Below are positions 9,903 through 12,909 of a DNA stretch of 12,909 nt, one piece after another (the stretch's first letter is position 1; every line of letters begins with the position of its first letter). Under the pieces are notes generated by a model. It made no database searches and was not told where the DNA came from. It saw only the letters and a list, made by a program, of their open reading frames with translations. The DNA is from Paraspadella gotoi (lineage: Eukaryota > Animalia > Chaetognatha): contig CM119267.1 in assembly GCA_051294375.1 (NCBI GenBank), positions 13,617,018 through 13,629,926 of the forward strand. The letters run 5' to 3'. The translations under genes and the position numbers were made by a program.

Positions 9903-10088
9903 AACCGTCATGTCGCCTCCAACCCAAAGGTCCGGGGTTTAGCCCGGTAATCGCTAAGCAGTTAAGAATGGACAGGGCGGCCTTAACCCGCCTTAACGGT
10001 GTTACCCAGCCTGATCAAAGCTTCAAGAGATTGCTTATCTTGAACGGTTCTGTCATTAACACATTAACAATTATCACGTCTCTCTTCA
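9842..10088 (-). repeat. Structured repeat family B, most complete copy
   Basis: Reverse complement aligns with 485-700 (which lacks ~40 nt) and 11403-11441. Hairpins GGAGGCGAC/GTTGCCTCC, GGCCG/CGGTT and GGTGG/CCACC. Followed by TTTATTTTTTT on the minus strand. Confidence 0.9.
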
Positions 10089-10599
10089 CCTCTATCAGAG
10101 AAGAGAAAAACTAATGATTATTTTTATGTAATTATAAAATAAAATTCAAAATTTTTTATTATTGAAATCTAATGGAAAATTTTATTCTAAGTTTTGATTT
10201 CATTACCTTTAAAAATTATTATATGAGAATATTTTTATTATTTTTGCAGCTTTAATATAATATAATTATATACATATTTTATTTACAACGTTTTCATTTT
10301 TTTTCTGCAGATAAGAATCTTGTTATTACAATTTTTAAAAATAATTTAAATTTTTAAATTTATGGAATATTAATAATATTATTTACTACAAAGAAATAAA
10401 ATTTGCGCTACTGTTATGGCTAACAATTTTTTTTAAAAAGGAACATTTTCTTTAATTACATGTACGGGAGGCAGAAAAAATATTGTTAACTCAATTAATC
10501 TTTTCATAGCTCCACCCTACTATCTTAGAGAGGCAGCGGCGACGCCTCTCCCTCTTGGTCACTTCAATACCGATCACACTTATATACTTTTAAAATACA

Positions 10600-11325
10600 C
10601 TCAGCACTCCTTACCGGAGACGCAAAGATGTGGCCAAGCGCAAATTAAGATAAGAATGAGAGAATTCTTCACGAAGGCGCGGAGAAAGGCTCTACTGAGA
10701 TTGGACCGGCACGGCACGAACTAACAAGCACTCGAGAAATCGTTCTTATCCATCTCGGCTGCACCCCGTCCGCAGATACCCGGATACTCAAGAGCGCGCT
10801 TCGCTGGCAGTCGCCCTGACTTGTAAATATACCACGAGTTTCGAAGCGCGATGACGCCAAATCCGACTGCGATGACCTCAAAATCATCCAAGCTCCGGCT
10901 CGTCATGTCAAGAAGCAGTCCTCGAGACGCATGTCCTGGATGACGGCGTTTGAGATTTTCCGGTCGTACTTATCGAGGTCAAGAATCCAAAACAATCGAT
11001 AGTCATCACAGTAACTCAACGTCTTAAGAAGAAAAGAAGCACAAAGTCTATTGCTTCAGCAGGCGAACCTCTTCACAATGGCGGGAATGCGGTGGGTCCT
11101 GAAGCGGTTGCCCACAGTTACGACATTGTAATTCAATCCGGCTGCTTTTTTGCCATTTTCAAAAAATTTCAGAACAAATTTTACAAATCCTTCAATGAAA
11201 TAACTACTTACCAAAAACCTACACATCTTATAGGTTGGCTTCGATTAGAAAAGGAGAAGTAGAGCCTCAGCCGCAACGATGTTGGCGAGAATTTTGAGCC
11301 GCGCTCTGCTGTTGAAGAGGAGACA
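10600..11325 (+). pseudogene. Degraded higher-GC coding-like island, possibly transposon-derived
   Basis: GC rises relative to the flanks. LTGDAKMW at 10610-10633, and a 102-codon stop-free frame at 10954-11262 beginning DFPVVLIEVK. No continuous ORF. Confidence 0.3.
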
Positions 11326-11351
11326 ANNNNNNNNNNNNNNNNNNNNNNNNN

Positions 11352-12030
11352 ATCTTTTACCTCTTCCTGTTAAAGTAGAAGTAAACCGAAAATAATGATA
11401 TTGAAGAGACAGTGATAATTGATATGTGATAGTGACAGAACNNNNNNNNNNNNNNNNNNNNNNNNNNNNNNNNNNNNNNNNNNNNNNNNNNNNNNNNNNN
11501 NNNNNNNNNNNNNNNNNNNNNNNNNNNNNNNNNNNNNNNNNNNNNNNNNNNNNNNNNNNNNNNNNNNNNNNNNNNNNNNNNNNNNNNNNNNNNNNNNNNN
11601 NNNNNNNNNNNNNNNNNNNNNNNNNNNNNNNNNNNNNNNNNNNNNNNNNNNNNNNNNNNNNNNNNNNNNNNNNNNNNNNNNNNNNNNNNNNNNNNNNNNN
11701 NNNNNNNNNNNNNNNNNNNNNNNNNNNNNNNNNNNNNNNNNNNNNNNNNNNNNNNNNNNNNNNNNNNNNNNNNNNNNNNNNNNNNNNNTCTTGTTTTTAA
11801 GTATCTCTTTTCAAAATGTTAAAATCTTTTCATATCTTCATTTGGTGAATTTTTTCTAGAGGCGTGTTTCAAATGGTCACGCTTGCAAGGGATTAAACTA
11901 AACTATTACTATGGTAGAAATAATTATAAACAAGTTTGAGCANNNNNNNNNNGATCATACCAAACCAGTGGCTGCTACCATGTACGCTGCTACCATTTGT
12001 ACAGCGTGACCATTTGAAACCCGCCACTAA
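11352..12030 (+). repeat. Second copy of segment 420-1085, largely hidden by Ns
   Basis: The three readable islands between N-runs align in order with 420-527, 731-905 and 1023-1080. Confidence 0.88.
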
Positions 12031-12394
12031 AAAAAATTTACCAAACCAANNNNNNNNNNNNNNNNNNNNNNNNNNNNNNNNNNNNNNNNNNNNNNNNNNN
12101 NNNNNNNNNNNNNNNNNNNNNNNNNNNNNNNNNNNNNNNNNNNNNNNNNNNNNNNNNNNNNNNNNNNNNNNNNNNNNNNNNNNNNNNNNNNNNNNNNNNN
12201 NNNNNNNNNNNNNNNNNNNNNNNNNNNNNNNNNNNNNNNNNNNNNNNNNNNNNNNNNNNNNNNNNNNNNNNNNNNNNNNNNNNNNNNNNNNNNNNNNNNN
12301 NNNNNNNNNNNNNNNNNAAGATAAGGAGCAAATTCGAGATTTTTATTCAAAAATAAAAGGAAAATCGTTACAATCATAAACTCACTACTTTGAA

Positions 12395-12487
12395 TAAATA
12401 TAAAGTATAATAATATAATATAAATAAATATAAATAAATAAATATAAATAAATAAATATAAATAAATAAATATAAATATAATAATAT
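12395..12487. repeat. AT simple repeat (TAAATA/TAAA units)
   Basis: Visible run of ATAAATATAAATAA-type units. Confidence 0.95.
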
Positions 12488-12624
12488 GAAACCCATTAAA
12501 AATATATTCAGGAATACCAATTATAATTTCTTAAATTTCTTTAACAAAGTTTGAAAATGGTTTCATCAACGATTTGATTTATGTACGGACATGTCTTAAA
12601 TTTCTTAAATTTCTTAATTTCAAC

Positions 12625-12909
12625 AGCCGGGTTGCCTGTGATGCCCATTGGGATGGGGCATCTCACTGTTGGTTTTGGGGGCTTCCAACCCTCAGTTACG
12701 CCTCCAGTCACTGGCGCGGTTACCCTAGGACGGTCTCGCTTTGCCAACGCAGAGGGAAGTCGTTAGGACTGTGGATGGAAAACTACGCCTGGGATGGTGT
12801 GTTCCTCCTCTGAGCCAATGGATTTGGCTGTAGGATGGTGGACGTGAGGCGGTGTGAATATTCCGCCATAGGATCCCCGGGCCAAGACATCACTCAGGTT
12901 CCTCAAGCC
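12625..12909 (+). mobile_element. Structured repeat family A, copy 2; possibly the 5' UTR of a non-LTR retrotransposon (RTE-like)
   Basis: Abrupt AT-to-GC boundary at ~12625, then a chain of hairpins. 12703-12868 repeats 1-153. The repeat is certain; the RTE 5'-UTR resemblance is from memory and unverified. Confidence 0.5.

Noticed and set aside
9931-9948. Twister-like loop CCGG-GGTTTAGC-CCGG (and GGTTCCTCAAGCC at the window end)
   Set aside because: The conserved loop U and the UAA/GA-pseudoknot partners are missing, and it lies on the strand disfavoured by G-U pairing. The window-end case is cut off and cannot be tested.
11921-11942. Nematode SL1-like TAATTATAAACAAGTTTGAG
   Set aside because: Only a partial match, not followed by GT, and the duplicate at ~886-906 does not keep it.
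11419-12379. Long ORFs in the ORF track
   Set aside because: Artefacts of translating through N-runs.
12625-12720. SRP RNA-like GGTTGCCT
   Set aside because: No helix-8 GNRA/AGCAG motif and no Alu domain.

Overview
AT-rich, repeat-dense eukaryotic (probably animal) DNA. It looks unpolished: repeat copies differ mainly by 1-nt indels, and four N-runs lie at 11.3-12.3 kb. None of the listed ORFs is a credible complete gene. Supported content: (1) a 1.42-kb non-autonomous LTR retroelement at 4855-6278 (minus) with AGTGGAG...CTCCACT LTR termini, a 4-bp CTGA target-site duplication and a tRNA-Leu-like primer-binding site; (2) a frameshifted sorting nexin gene of the SNX13/14 type (PX and C-terminal Nexin_C regions, ~6606-8524, minus), apparently split by 21-24 nt GT-AG introns; (3) two GC-rich structured repeat families, A (1-153, 12625-12909) and B (485-700, 9842-10088 inverted, from 11403), which share a collinear motif core, with one B copy ending in a tRNA-like fold plus a T-run; (4) Helentron/HINE-like fragments, a minisatellite and a dispersed ~100-bp repeat at 1.3-4.0 kb; (5) a degraded coding-like island at 10.6-11.3 kb. 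All family assignments come from by-eye alignment and remembered motifs, not from searches.
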